64,000 nucleotides of DNA from Phoronis australis (GCA_002633005.1 NMRA01000313.1:124001-188000); one strand, 5' to 3'. Shown: positions 14,800-27,600, numbered from the stretch's first letter. The notes: a model not told the origin generated them from the letters alone. Translations and numbers: made by a program.

Positions 14800-15520
14800 T
14801 TCAGAGCCCGAAGCGACGACTGAGTCGGGGGGCCTTGATAAAAGTTGCATCCAATGTCAATGAACGAAGAATCGACGCGAGCCCCTCGGGGCTGCGAGTT
14901 GGAGCTCTCGATATGTGCGTGGCCTTGTATAAGTTATGCCTAGTTAGCCTAGTAAGTGAGAGGCACTAGGCAGTGATAGCTAGGTAGTAAGTAAGTGAAA
15001 TGTTTATTTTACATCGGTATAGAATAGTAACAAAACAGTAGCACAAGTACTAGTGTTCGATACAAAATGAGAAATTAATATGTACAGAAGAGGTAGAAGG
15101 GCTATGTACCGAAAGTATACAAACATACATGATTTATGAAGCATCAAAAGACAGTATTTGACAGCGTAGGCAAAGTTGGCATTCACAAGCTTGGCGCAGG
15201 CGACTTAATTCATTTATAAAGGTATTGAGATCTTGGCAACATCTTACACATTCCATAAACTTGTTTCATAAAGATACCCCTGGTGGTGAAGCCCATAGGA
15301 TGTCGGGGCGAACCTTGTGTTTTCCCCCGTATCTCATAGGGCAGACGTCTGAGAGCAAAGCACTGGAGAGGGCAAGGGCCTATCTGATTCATGTGCTTGG
15401 AAACAGTCACCCCAAGATATTGTAGCCTTGGAACAATTAAGAAGCGGAGTGGAGTTTGATTTGGACACTAAGAAGCCAAGGAATACGACAACTGGTGGTC
15501 ATTGAAAAGAAGTAAGGCCC
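14800..15520 (+). mobile_element. Possible decayed DIRS-type (tyrosine-recombinase retrotransposon) fragment
   Basis: Frameshifted peptide IEILATSY..KL / DTPGGEA / LCFPPYLIGQT..KALERARAYLI / WKQ resembles the DIRS1 segment downstream of RNase H (IDLFA...DP.A.A.DA...YAFPP..LI...L.K...E.A...LI.P.W..Q). Recognised by eye only. Confidence 0.35.
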
Positions 15521-17299
15521 CTGTATTGATTGTAAACTTCTAGTGATTCTCTACTGCCTTTCGGGACAATGCTGACAATTTTTTGGAGGAAAATAACCAA
15601 TCCAATGGTGGTAACGCCGACTGCGAATCGCGTGAAATATTGCTCCAAATTTCACTGACGGCTTGGTCTGTCAATTCTACTCACGGACACGTAGATTCGA
15701 GGCTTACGCGTTACGTAACATTTCCGTCACCTTCACCGTGCCCTATCCTGATCATTACGGTAACACACCAAAGAAAATCAGATACATCTAAAATGGGACC
15801 AATATGTTTATGACGGCACCTGTACTCTGGTAACGGGTAAACACCTGTCCTCGTGCAGTCTGGATATGGTTTCCCACGTCCAGCTCTTTGCTAATTACCT
15901 TCAGCCGCAAACTAAATACAGTCACAGATCGGCATTTATTTATCATATATTATACATATCCTTGATAGCAGATGTTTTTGGCCAAACAGATATTCTGCTG
16001 GTCAAAGTAATTATCTCCTCCACATTGTTAGCAGAATTCAATTATGTACCATATGGATGATTATCGTGGGAATAGAATATCAGTTATGGTAGGAGATAGA
16101 CCGTATACCTTAGTTAATAACACTCACTGGTTTTAAACCATTAAATTATTAATCACAGCGTTTTATTCCCCAATCAATCGCTTGTTAATTATTTATCGTT
16201 CTCACAGCTCTAAAACCCGTCTGTTCAGATTTGCTGACATGTTTGCAATATAGTTTTGTTTTCGCACGGCATGTGTCGCTCTGGACGCCTTACCGCCAAA
16301 AAGTTCGTCTGGTGTTGATGAAAATCTGATCGCCAAGTATTATATTTAAATGAGTCATGTCAACATAAATCTACGCTAACTGAACGGATTATTGTTACGT
16401 GTCGGTGATTTTGTTATATTGAACAACTGGAAAATTGTGTTCAAGTCATGAACTACGCCTGGTTCCCACCTTTCCAGTTTAAATTTAGTGCTGATAAATA
16501 TTCAGTACAGGAACAGGGTCGGGATCACGACCATAATATCATCAGTCATAAATCATGTTGACAACTAATTTCTGTATTGTGATCGACGAAAAAAGTAGCA
16601 GAAAACAGACGATTATTTCGAATGAATGGTTTGGTTTTCAGTTAAGTTTCAGTGTACACTATGATCGTAGTTCAAGGAAAAGGGGTGATCAAACATTCAA
16701 CTATTGAGTGGAAATTTGCTACGAGCCACCGCTTATGATAAAATCGTGGGAAACATTAGAAGAACTGAAAAATAAGAGGTCTTGCAAGAGCTTAGAAGTA
16801 GTTTAATATTCATCTAGAAAAAAATAACCAGAATCACTTGAATATCGTTGCATACCCAGAAAGCGGTTCGTGTGTCTGACTTTACAGTATCTGTATCGAG
16901 TTAAAATATTAAGTTTCCAAACTCTTTAAGGGTTAACCAAAACCGTGAATACCCGTGTATGGTTCGAAGTATATTCGTGAAGTTTCAGGGGTACCAATCT
17001 GCTTTCGTTTATAGTGCCCAAGACGATTTAGCCTACATTTCAGTGGTTGTACGTAGGTTAAAACGCATCTCACAAAATTTAGTAGCAATGGACATGTAGA
17101 CACTTTTTGGCATGGAACCAATACGAAATAAAAGATGCAGCTAAAGCGAAGGAATGTTGAAGGAACATATGAAAATGAGTTATGGGCACGAGGCAAGTAC
17201 TGACAAATCCAAACCTACTACCCAGACCCAAACAATTTTTAGTGTAACTAGGTTCGTAGAAAATGAGGACACAGGTGTTCATCTTAAATAACAAAATAG

Positions 17300-17305
17300 T
17301 TTATT
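17300..17305 (-). terminator. Candidate poly(A) signal of Id mRNA
   Basis: AATAAA on the minus strand ~800 bp after the stop codon, at the end of a U-rich 3'UTR-like tract. Confidence 0.4.
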
Positions 17306-18103
17306 TATCGTGATAAACAGATAACGACGTGCTCACACGCGGTGAGCGATACACTAACAACATGGTACACAATTTGAAAACATCGGAATTTTAAACAAAG
17401 AACAACCGTCAATGCTAATGCAACTGTTCTTGAATAAGACACCAACGTTAAGAAATTGCTATAAATAAAAATTTATCCCTAGTTTCTATCAAATGTACAA
17501 ATATACAAGAAACAATACAAAATTTACACAAGAAACTCTAGAAAACACATCAACGACAAGAGAAGAACCGTCGCTGAGACAACACGGAAATTAGAGAGTA
17601 GAAATAGTTTTCAGCTAACATAAGAAACGAACATCACCAAATCTTAATTTGACGATTATAAGGACTTGAGGTAAGCTGTTAAGTGTGCCTAAAATTTGCC
17701 TTTGGTTTAGAACCATATATTAGAGATTATACATTCAGAATGTGCAGACATGCAGTTGACATCTAGTGACATACAGCAAAGTTCGGAATGTAAAACAATA
17801 TAATATCATGAACTCGTTGGGTTGATAGGTCCGTTTAGAAGTTATCTCCCAAGGTTAGCAAAACACCGCCCAAGTAATCCAACGGGTGGCGAATGGAGAC
17901 TGTCCGTGAATGTTTTTACTGAGAGTTTCTTTTTAGCACCTTTAGTTAATTAGAACTGTGACACTCGGTTTCACATCCAACTGGATCGGGTGATATTGAT
18001 CGCTGGACGTAGATCGTTAGCCAGTGTCGTTGCACGCTCGAATTTGACCATTCGCAGTGGTTCGACAAGAAATATCTGCTGTCGTCTGCAGCGCCGTGGC
18101 TTG

Positions 18104-19048
18104 TCACCTTGGTTCGCAGAGGTCGGCGACAGGCGTCAGTAAAACGACCTAATGAAAAACAATAGCACTAGAGTTATATTGTGACCAGATACTGACTTAG
18201 ATTTGCAGACAAGATAACGCAGACATTTGGAAGGGAAAACGTGGATCAAATAACAGACAGGAATTTCGACTCCTTATTTTCCACATACAAAGTGAAATCA
18301 CTGCACAAAAACAGTTCGTAGATGTAAGTAAATCTCCCTGACAGGGATCCAGAGCGAACTGAAAATTATCACATGATATTATAAATTATATTTACCTTAT
18401 TCCACAAACATCTCGCGAAGATAGTCAACAAGAGACAGGCCTGTCACATGCCCTTTCTTCTAGAAAGTCCGTATGCTGCAAGAAAGAAGTGAAGAACACA
18501 TATAGAACTGTAGTCGATGCATCGCCTAGACTGTACAACAGAATAATTAAAATAACCGTTCATACAATTTCAGCTGTTTTCTATTCGCAATTACTAATTG
18601 ACAGAACACACTTTTACGCTCATGAAAGGCACAGAAATCGATGATCAGAAATGCTGGGTTCGACACCATCACGCAGTATGACAACAGGCCAGAAATACGC
18701 TGATAAAATTATATTTACCTTCGACAGAAACTGCTCGTTGTCACGACTACATTCAGAAAGGGGTAACCGACTGTTGTTATTCATAGACTGGTTCAGAAGT
18801 TTCGACATCGCTGGATGGCACTCGAGAGCAACTTCTAGGTCAAAGATGTAGTCAATCACGTGCTGCAAAAACTGTGTTTTCGACAGTTTTCTTTCCTTCG
18901 GGATTGTCGGTACAAGATCCTTCAATTTAGAGAAACAAGCTTGAATTTCACCATCGTCAGATTTTGGCTTCGAGATCGTCTTGAGACTTTGAGCGCGAAG
19001 AGCAAAGTCGTGCCTTGCAGCCAGAACTGTGTTTTGCTGTGCCTTCAT
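18104..19048 (-). CDS. Id: Inhibitor of DNA binding / extramacrochaetae HLH protein; exons 19048-18719 and 18148-18104 (124 aa)
   Basis: HLH without a basic region (EIQACFSKLKDLVPTIPKERKLSKTQFLQHVIDYIFDLEVAL), N-terminal MKA, and a D-box-like SRLPLSE. Phase-0 donor AAG|GTAAAT at 18719/18718 and acceptor TTTTTCATTAG|GTC at 18149/18148. Exon 2 encodes VVLLTPVADLCEPR*. Confidence 0.95.
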
Positions 19049-19109
19049 TTTCTGTGTTGAAATAATAATTCCGTGAACTCAAGTACTAACTGACAGAGAT
19101 GGTGTTGTA

Positions 19110-19225
19110 GAATGACTACTCAAAGCCAGTAACGATACTTATCATAGACACAAGCTCCGCCCACTGTGTAATTAAGCAAACAACCTCAGAGGTTAAGGGT
19201 TGTAAAGGTCACAGATCGGCCAATC
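19110..19225 (-). promoter_or_regulatory. Id core promoter (Inr, TATA-like, GC box, CCAAT)
   Basis: Minus strand: Inr TCATTC (19115-19110), TATGATAAGTA about 25-32 bp upstream, and GGGCGG (19162-19157). CCAAT on the plus strand at 19220-19224. Confidence 0.6.
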
Positions 19226-19517
19226 AAATTGTAACGTGACAAATAGCTGTCGGTCAAACTTCATGCCTCAATTAATCTGTATATAAATCACACAGTGTTA
19301 CTTTTAATAGGTGTAAAATAGTATCATATGTGGTGAGGGGTCGATATACTCCAATCGATTTCTTTGCCAAATCGATATGTTAAACAATCAGATGTTGGCT
19401 GCACTGCACTCAGATTGGGGTCACATTCACAGGTGCCCAATCTCTACTCCCACCAGTCGGATTGTGTACTTATCGCCATTGACAAGTGATTAATATTGGG
19501 GTGCAGGCTACAATCAA

Positions 19518-19610
19518 GGCCCAGCTGGCCGGCGCCAGTAAGGTGACGTCACCTATTCAAGATGTGTATAAGGGTATCGGGACGGCGCCAGGCTGGCGGT
19601 CGCTATGACG
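19518..19610 (-). promoter_or_regulatory. BMP/Smad-responsive element with CRE (Id1 BRE / Bicore1-like)
   Basis: Minus strand reads CATAGCGACCGCCAGCCTGGCGCC...GAATAGGTGACGTCACCTTACTGGCGCC. It has two GGCGCC Smad1/5 sites (19531, 19584) and a palindromic CRE TGACGTCA (19544-19551). Order and flanks match the vertebrate Id1 BRE as I recall it. Confidence 0.8.
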
Positions 19611-22600
19611 ACAAGACTGCCAATCACGTCCCAGATCAAAAACACCGCAGCGAGTAGGCTGATATTTTGCTGGGGATATCGTCACCTTCGGCCCTGTGTC
19701 ACGAGACGCTTGCACACCTGTGTGCCCGTGTTGGGTCCTGGGACAATCTCGGTGTTTTGCTATCTCCTCGCTGGCGCCAGACACCCTTGACGGACTTAGG
19801 AAAACAAATACGTCTATCGGAATGGATTCATATACCCTGTTCAGGTGTTCCGGGACTGTAAAATAAAAATAAACAGAGAAATATTAAATGAATACTTCAC
19901 TATTATCGGACACCCAGGTGTTTAAGAGCCACAAAATATCGAGGGTGTTGATAAAAACAATCAGCGTGAATGGAAAGGTGCAAAATGAAGTAAACCTGTT
20001 GTTAAAACCCCAGAATAACTGAATAGACAGCGGCGAAGGTCTAATTGTAGGGACTGTTTACTTTTTGGAAGAGACAAGAAAATTTGTTGCAGTGAGGACA
20101 ACCTTCATAAAAGAGTGGAGTTTCAGGTACAAGGCCGATGCGTTAATGCAATAGCTGTCCTAACATAAACAGAAAGAAACTGACATTAGACAATACACGA
20201 TGCAAATTGAGGTGAAAGTATTACGTCAGCCATTCACCTCCATCAGTCTGTCGCTGAAGAAAACACCATCGGTTGTTTACCATCAGTTTTATGATTTAAA
20301 AAAAGAAAAAATATTCAAGTTATTGTAGTGATAAAAGCTTTGCTTGTATATCTCAGTAATAAAATAGACTACACACATTACATTGACCAAGAAGATGAAC
20401 ACTGACATCTCTTAATAATCAGAAAGCATCGAAGCTGTCTAGACCTGTATGAAACAAAATTTATCGCACAGCCAAAATATAACAAAAATAATGTAACCAT
20501 ACTGTTGCCTGAAACCCGTCAGATGGTCAAAATTCGTAGTTATTTGTCAAGTCGGTTTTCCCAGGCTCTGCTAACCTAAGCAGGTGATAAGTGACATCTG
20601 CCTCCACATTAAACAAAGGGTCTCACCTTCTGCGAAAATAAAGCACCAAACTTTCCCACACTGTCGAAATCCTCGGCCAACCTGTCGCTAGCCAAAAATA
20701 TCCAGAGTCGCACCTGTTCCATTTTTCGGAAAATCAGAGCTGCGGCCGAATCGTAAATTAAAAATTCAAAATCGATTATTGATGTTTTAGAAGAATTTTC
20801 TAAGAAGATTCCCCACAACTTGTGTTACCAGTAACTGGTCGTGTGCCGAAGTGTGCCGATAAAACCTGTCGCGTGCGATTTGTATGAAGTTTCCGTAAGG
20901 GGTGGAGTTACAGTGCCTAATCTATTGTAGTCGTAACTAGTTGATTACCTTTTGCAAATAGAGTCGCGTGCCACCAGAGTGAATGAACAGTGAGGGCCAA
21001 TTAAATGTTGCCACGTCACGGTCCCGGCAGCTGGATGAAAAAATCTACTCGCAACGCTTTGAGTTGTGCGCGGATGTTCTACGGTTGATTAGAATAAGAG
21101 CTGTATAGTAAACAAAGTTGAGCTAATATTTACCGGGTTTTACTATGGGCAAAAATAAACGATACAGACCATGAATTGTTTTCGAGGTATTCCTCGTGGG
21201 AAATAAACTACCAACAAATAGGCAAAGCGTGGCCGGAGAAAACAAAAATATATCGATCCGCATTTCCTCGCAAGAATATAATAGGATAATACGTCTTCAA
21301 TGGAAATGCAATGGCAGATGGTATCGACTTTCTGCCACCAGAACGTGGGAATGTCACCGCGGTGCAGATGTCATGTTCGCGACAGTTATTCACGGATTTC
21401 AGAAGAGCAGAAGGGTGCCATGGGCTGCGACTGAATAACATTAAGTCTCTCTCATTGTGCCTGAAACGGACAGGGTAACTTATTTTCGATAGTTGTAGAG
21501 AAACATGGCCCACCTAATCAACCTGTAGTCAAAGTGGTCGAATGTTCATGGTGCGTATACATTTACATGGCACTTGCGCAGTGTAACAACAGCGTCCGGG
21601 AAAGCTTAGGCACGTTGAACCCCCTGTCACGCGCACGGGTCGCGGTTGTCCCAACACAAAATGCTTTTCTTGCCCATGCTGTTCTCTCTTGTGAACACAG
21701 GTTCACCTCCAGGATCACTTTTTCGTCTTTCTAATACATTTCTTTGCTTGCAGGCACACCAACTCAGTTGTTCCATGCTCAAGTTGCCACTTCCGCGATC
21801 ACGGACACGCTTCATTGATCAAGAGACTGAACTATTTTCGTCAGTATTTTATTTTTCATTGAACTAATTGAGTATCGCCAAATCGAAAACAATAAACTGT
21901 CTCTCACTACAGCACAGTGAATTTCATTTGACTGTCGTTGCGTCATATTCATGTAATGGGTGGGGAAACAGGAAAAATTTTAAGAGCGCGTCGCGTGTCA
22001 TTGACGCAAAAATAAATTCCTTGGAGCACTGTGATTGTTTAGCGCGGGTAAACGGGCTCACCGGCCATTGAAATAAAATATGCAATACCCACGTTTTTTC
22101 TAAAATTATCTTTGGCCGGAAATCACACGCTTTTTCAAGGTGTTTTGAGTAAAACGTCATTGTTATATTGATTTCTTTTCGTCTCGAATTCTTACCCAAA
22201 ACAACCAACTCACCAAGGGGTCAAATAATTGCGCAGAGAACGACCACTCCGGGTACGTTTGAAATTCCTCCGCAGTGTAGGGGAATGATCTGTGAATGAC
22301 CGAAGGGCGACTGTTTAGATGAAATCTCCTGGACATCGCCTCTTGATTTGCGCCTGTAGCGACAATGTATAGTCGAGTACCTCTCACTCGAACTCTATAG
22401 ATTTACAGTATTTTGTTTGTGTAAGCAGTTTTCGAGGGAGCTCTTCGACGCCAAACAGGCAAATTATAATTGCTCTTTAGGACGTAACATATTCTTCCTT
22501 TGCCAGTAAAAACGAAAACGATCGACATGATACTGAAATCTCCGGACCAACTACTCAAAAGTTAGTTACTGACAAGTAACGTAGAAAATAAATCCGAAAC

Positions 22601-22655
22601 TAAAAGAGGCGATCCAGATCCTCTAAAGGATACACCTGTTTGTCGAAAAGTAGAA

Positions 22656-23104
22656 TAAATATACGTAAATAAAACAACAAAAATGGATCACTGAAATTTT
22701 CAGATATAATAACATCCTTCGTCAACAGAAACAGAATAATGTAAAATCAAACACTAAATTGTTGGAATTGAAATAATTACCTCCAAAAACATAATCTATA
22801 AGATCTTTCTGTACAAATCATAGAGATACTCCAATACCCCAATACCCCTCACAGACTCAAAAGAGAACAATTTTGGATAAATAAGCTCAACACACTTGAA
22901 CCTAATGGAATGACCATAAAGACTTCTTAAATTGTATCCTTTACTTTTTCCTCAACAATGTATCATGCTCATTACGCCATATATCAGATGTCAATTGTCA
23001 TATAGTGTTTGACTTTACCTTATTTCTGTTTCTGTTGACAAAGGATGTTATTATATCCGAAAGATTCAGTGATCCATTTTTGTTGTTTTATTTACGTATA
23101 TTTA
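22656..23104 (+). mobile_element. Penelope-like element relic: GIY-YIG endonuclease C-terminus flanked by inverted pseudo-LTRs
   Basis: 22802-22930 translates as DLSVQIIEIL...HRLKREQFWINKLNTLEPNGM...*, the typical PLE endonuclease tail RE.FWI..L.T..P.G.N. ~100-bp inverted arms at 22656-22756 and 23003-23104. Confidence 0.85.
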
Positions 23105-24489
23105 GTGACAAGAAAATATGAGGTGAAAACACACGTTTGAAAAGAATCATTTCTTAACATCTCAAACTGGGATTTAATTTCAATTCAGTGACCAAGCACA
23201 CAGGTTGCTCAAAGTCGCCTGAGTACGTTTATTGTGGGCGAGTACAAATTACTCTATTGAAATTGTGACAGAAGGCAATTTACTTCCCGCTAAAAGTTGG
23301 CTGAGCGTTTAATGGCTCAGCTAATATTTTTGAATAATTAATGTATTGGTACAATCTCGATCACTTCTGATAGTTTCCTAATCGTGTTTCACAGTTATTG
23401 ATGATTTCTCGAGCACATGGTATCCACCGTTTGTTACACGTGCGCGCGCGATAAGTCCCATTCACGAACGTCGTTTGACCATTCGTGCGCGCTATGAATT
23501 CACGCGCCAAGCCACCTGTTTTCGTGTTTGCGCAAATTGTTCCAATAGCTGAGATCTCAAATTCGGTTTGCATCTGTCACGTTTTAAATTATAATTTGCC
23601 TTTAGCACTGATGGGTTGTATCGTAACAATCCTGACGTTAATGTTACCAAAGGTGTAGTGGTAGTTAGCCCTACATATGTATATAGGTGCCTTAATCAAA
23701 AACGACTTGGACAGAGAAAATCAAAATAAAAAACATTGCATCATCCCGTGACACACTGGACGACTTTCATCAATGCTGTTGCAAGGAAAAGCCGATATCG
23801 AGAAGGCTGTTGTGAGACCGTGCTACATCTCAAAAAATGTTGGGGCTAAGTTTTCTAAACTATAGGAATGCCATTAAGAGTATTTTAATGTAACGGAAAC
23901 CAGTGAATAAGCAGAAAAATGCAGATGTCAAACACGTTTCACTTAGTGGTCGAATTAGATACCCCAGTCGTTGCTATCTCTGTTTCCTCCCGAGTATTTA
24001 CCTAGAAGAAACACTTGAGTGATATTAACACAACTGAACGATCAATTGTACATTAATATGACACGCCTATACACTGTGCGTCACGAATTTCACGTATATT
24101 TCGCTAGTTTTGGCCAAGCTGAATATTACGCAATACCTAGTCTTTAGGCCACCTGTTACTTACGAAATCCAGTCTCCCACGCACTATCGGTGATTACAAC
24201 TCACGAGGAATGACGAAGCAGGTGAAAACACACCTTTAGGATTGTTTTGGTGTCAGTTTCGACTCATCTATCGCCGAATGACTCATGGATAGAAACAAAA
24301 AACACTATAACAGGAAACGGGATATTTACCTGGTTAGAAATCGTAGGATAAAGTTTAAATTTATCATATCCCGTAGTTGAAATTCGAGAAAAATGATTCT
24401 TTTAAATAAATATGAGCACAACATCGGAAATCGCTTTCGCATTATATCCAGGTTATCAATCTTTTCTCCCATACATTCACTGATAAGAC

Positions 24490-24610
24490 GGATCTAAGAG
24501 GAGTAGGCTGGATACACCTTTGTGCAATGTATTGTCAGCCAGTAACGCCAGGATACGAACCCGGGTCTCCCAAACAGGAGTCCGGAGCTCAAACCTCTAC
24601 GGCACACTGC
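24490..24610 (-). mobile_element. tRNA-derived SINE head
   Basis: Minus strand GGCAGTGTGCCGTAGAGG (A-box-like) ... CCCGGGTTCGTATCCTGG (B box). No intact cloverleaf. Confidence 0.55.
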
Positions 24611-27600
24611 CGTGTGCTCCAAAGAAAAATGTTTCTCGCCATTGCAATGGGACAGAATGCTTTAGCACACTACTGATTCGCATGGCTTTTGAAGTTTAAA
24701 GTACTGATATCTTATCAGTTTTTGACATTCAAGATAAGTGACATTGAACGGTATTATAATAATGTAACAGGAATAAAATTTCAATTTTATTTCAGGACAA
24801 TATTTTATCTCGCGCTTATCCAGTTTTTTTATTTCTCTACATATATTTTTAGTTGTACAGGCAATAAAATATACGACTGTTTTGTCGTCAATTTTCACGT
24901 GCCAGTAACACCTCGCGGGTGGTAGTGTTATTTCACCAGGGGTACACGTTTGGACATTCGTTTGTTTGTCAGCACTTGGCTAGACAATAGTTGAACGGGA
25001 ATTCATTTCATTGTTACAGGACAATAGACTGAGCGGGACCACCTCAAAATGGCCACCCCACCTCGCCGATAACGTGATGTTTTAAAATTTAAAACGATTT
25101 ATGAATCGTTGTTATGCTCCCGATACAGTACATAGTGTTTTGCTTTCAAGTCCCGAGTTAGTCGCAAGGACACTGCCAAATCACTTGACAACACATTAAA
25201 TGGAGTCTATTCTTAACGAACAATTACTTGGCCGATCTTTAAGTTTAGGACATGAACTGATGCCTCGGATAACACCAAAACGACTGTAGTAGTATGTCGT
25301 AAAAACGAAACAATTGTTTTCTCACTAAGAAGCAGTAGCATAGAAATGTGGTTATGTAATATCTGTGTTAACAAGATCGCTCTTGATTACATCAAAGATT
25401 TTATAGGATATAGTATCTTTGATTATATACTGCTCCTTGAAATGTTTCGACCAGTTTAGAAAATAATTCAAAATATATGGATACAATAGGAACGTTTCGT
25501 AAATTACCAGACTTTTTTATTGCCAGTTTATCGTGGCTGAGGTTTACCAATGTGAATAGTGTCATCCGCCTTCGCTCTTACAGTTTTACGGTGCACCGCA
25601 ACCAGAAATGCAAATTTTAATTCCGCCTACAGTATGTTGAAAGGCCACAATTCGTTTCGCGTTGAAACACGTTTTGTGAAAGTTTTATCTAAAATGAGCC
25701 TCTGTTTGGCATTTTTGGCGATGAGGTTCAAGTTTCAATTCAGAGCAATATATAAAATGAATGAATTCAAAGCCTGAATGTACGAGATTTAGTTGCCGAC
25801 GGACATACTAGAACTTACATTGACCGACACCTGCCGTTTAATTACAATAAATTTAAAACACTGGAACTTAAGAAAAAATGCATTCACAAAGAAATTTTAG
25901 GTTCTAGTGCAGACATAAATTTCTGAGTATTATTTTGAAATCAAAACCCATTTCTTGCAAATTTCTCAATCAAAATAGATCAGTAAATTATACAGATCGT
26001 TGAACAATTTATTCCATTCAAGTTTACATCAAATCAGAAAAGACTGAATAACCGAAGATAATTTTATGCAATCGAAAATATATTAAGAAAACTTAACTTC
26101 GCCTTCTTTTAATCAGAAGCTTAATCGTGACAACCATTGTGATGCTGAACGTGCAATCAGAACTCAAGCCGGGAGAGCTCTCAACGTGTATTACTAACTT
26201 TTATTAGCTTTGAAATTCCAATATTGTTTGAAATATGCTGAGCAAAAAGCATGATAAACAAATCTGAAATTCGATCCTACAGGTATTGCTGACATCATTT
26301 ATGTTTATTCGCTCACGGGAAAATCCATTTACACCAGTTGTGATTTTTCGTTCAACGTTTGCGCGAACAAAAACGACAATAGCAAATTTCTCTCTATCTC
26401 GGATATGGTCCATGATTCTATTCAGCCGACAATCCATCTAAACAAAATACGCCTCATAACAAATAAAAGCAAATCAAATACCAATTCTGACCTCATTTTC
26501 TCACATTTGATTTGCATTCAATAAAGGTATGCGGTAATGCCTCAATACGACAGGTGTTATCGAGAAATTTTCCCATGCTATTTACTACGGCCAGTCGCTA
26601 CTCAACCCTGTATGAACTGGCCCGCAAAGGAATGTGAGTCGACACTCATTCGCCCTGCACAGGTGTACGCGAGACAGACTGGCGACTTGAGATTTGGATT
26701 TGTATTCATGTGTAAATAAACGCGGCTCGTTTAACAAGCCACATGGGCTAGTCCATTGTGCAACATCTGGGACGCTGTTTGGCCCTACTGTGGTCCGCGA
26801 CACATTAATTGGCCGATGTGCTATTGTAAACTATGCCAATACACAGATATTAGATGGTGCGGAGATTAATCTTGAAATGCGTATAGTCTCTTGGGCACGT
26901 GCTCTGTAGTTAAAACTGGAAGAGACATTCCGTTGCACACTGAGTTGGTTTGAATTTAATTGTAGAAGTAGGCTAGAATTATTTGAAAAACTCCCGTGCG
27001 GGTTCACTGGGAAAAATCTTGGAAATTCAAGCAAAACTTTATTATTTCAGAGACTAGCAGCAACGTCCTTTCTTTTTCGAAAATTGGAGACACTGTTTAA
27101 TCTCTGCACTTTAAAAATCTGCTCCTCACGCATTTAGAAGGGGATTCCACTGAATCTCGAGTGTACTTGACTACATTTTTTCCGAAGGGATATCCAACCG
27201 TTTACAAAGTCGGTAGACGTAACCCATTTTATATAAGATACCCATTTGTTGGGAGTTTCCATCAAAAGTGACGCTTTCAAAGAGTTTTCTCTATAACACG
27301 TTAATTTTAAAGCCAAAGTAATGTTTATGGAAACATGAACATTGCATATAAACATTCTGGAAATAAGATTTTTAATACAATAAACCTGAACACAGTTACG
27401 AAACATTGTAACGGTTTATTACAAAGAGGGCCCTGTTTAGAGTTCCTAACCCAACTAAGCAATTATCCATTTCTTGAGAATTTCACAGGATAAGATACCT
27501 TTTCGTAGAATCATTCCTGGCAGTGAAAACACCCAGGAATTTTCTCGCATTTAATATCACAGACAGACGAGTATTAACTGGGATTATTTAACTTTCGAAA

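Noticed and set aside
14312-14969. Poly-Asn / poly-Ile ORFs
   Set aside because: Microsatellite translations.
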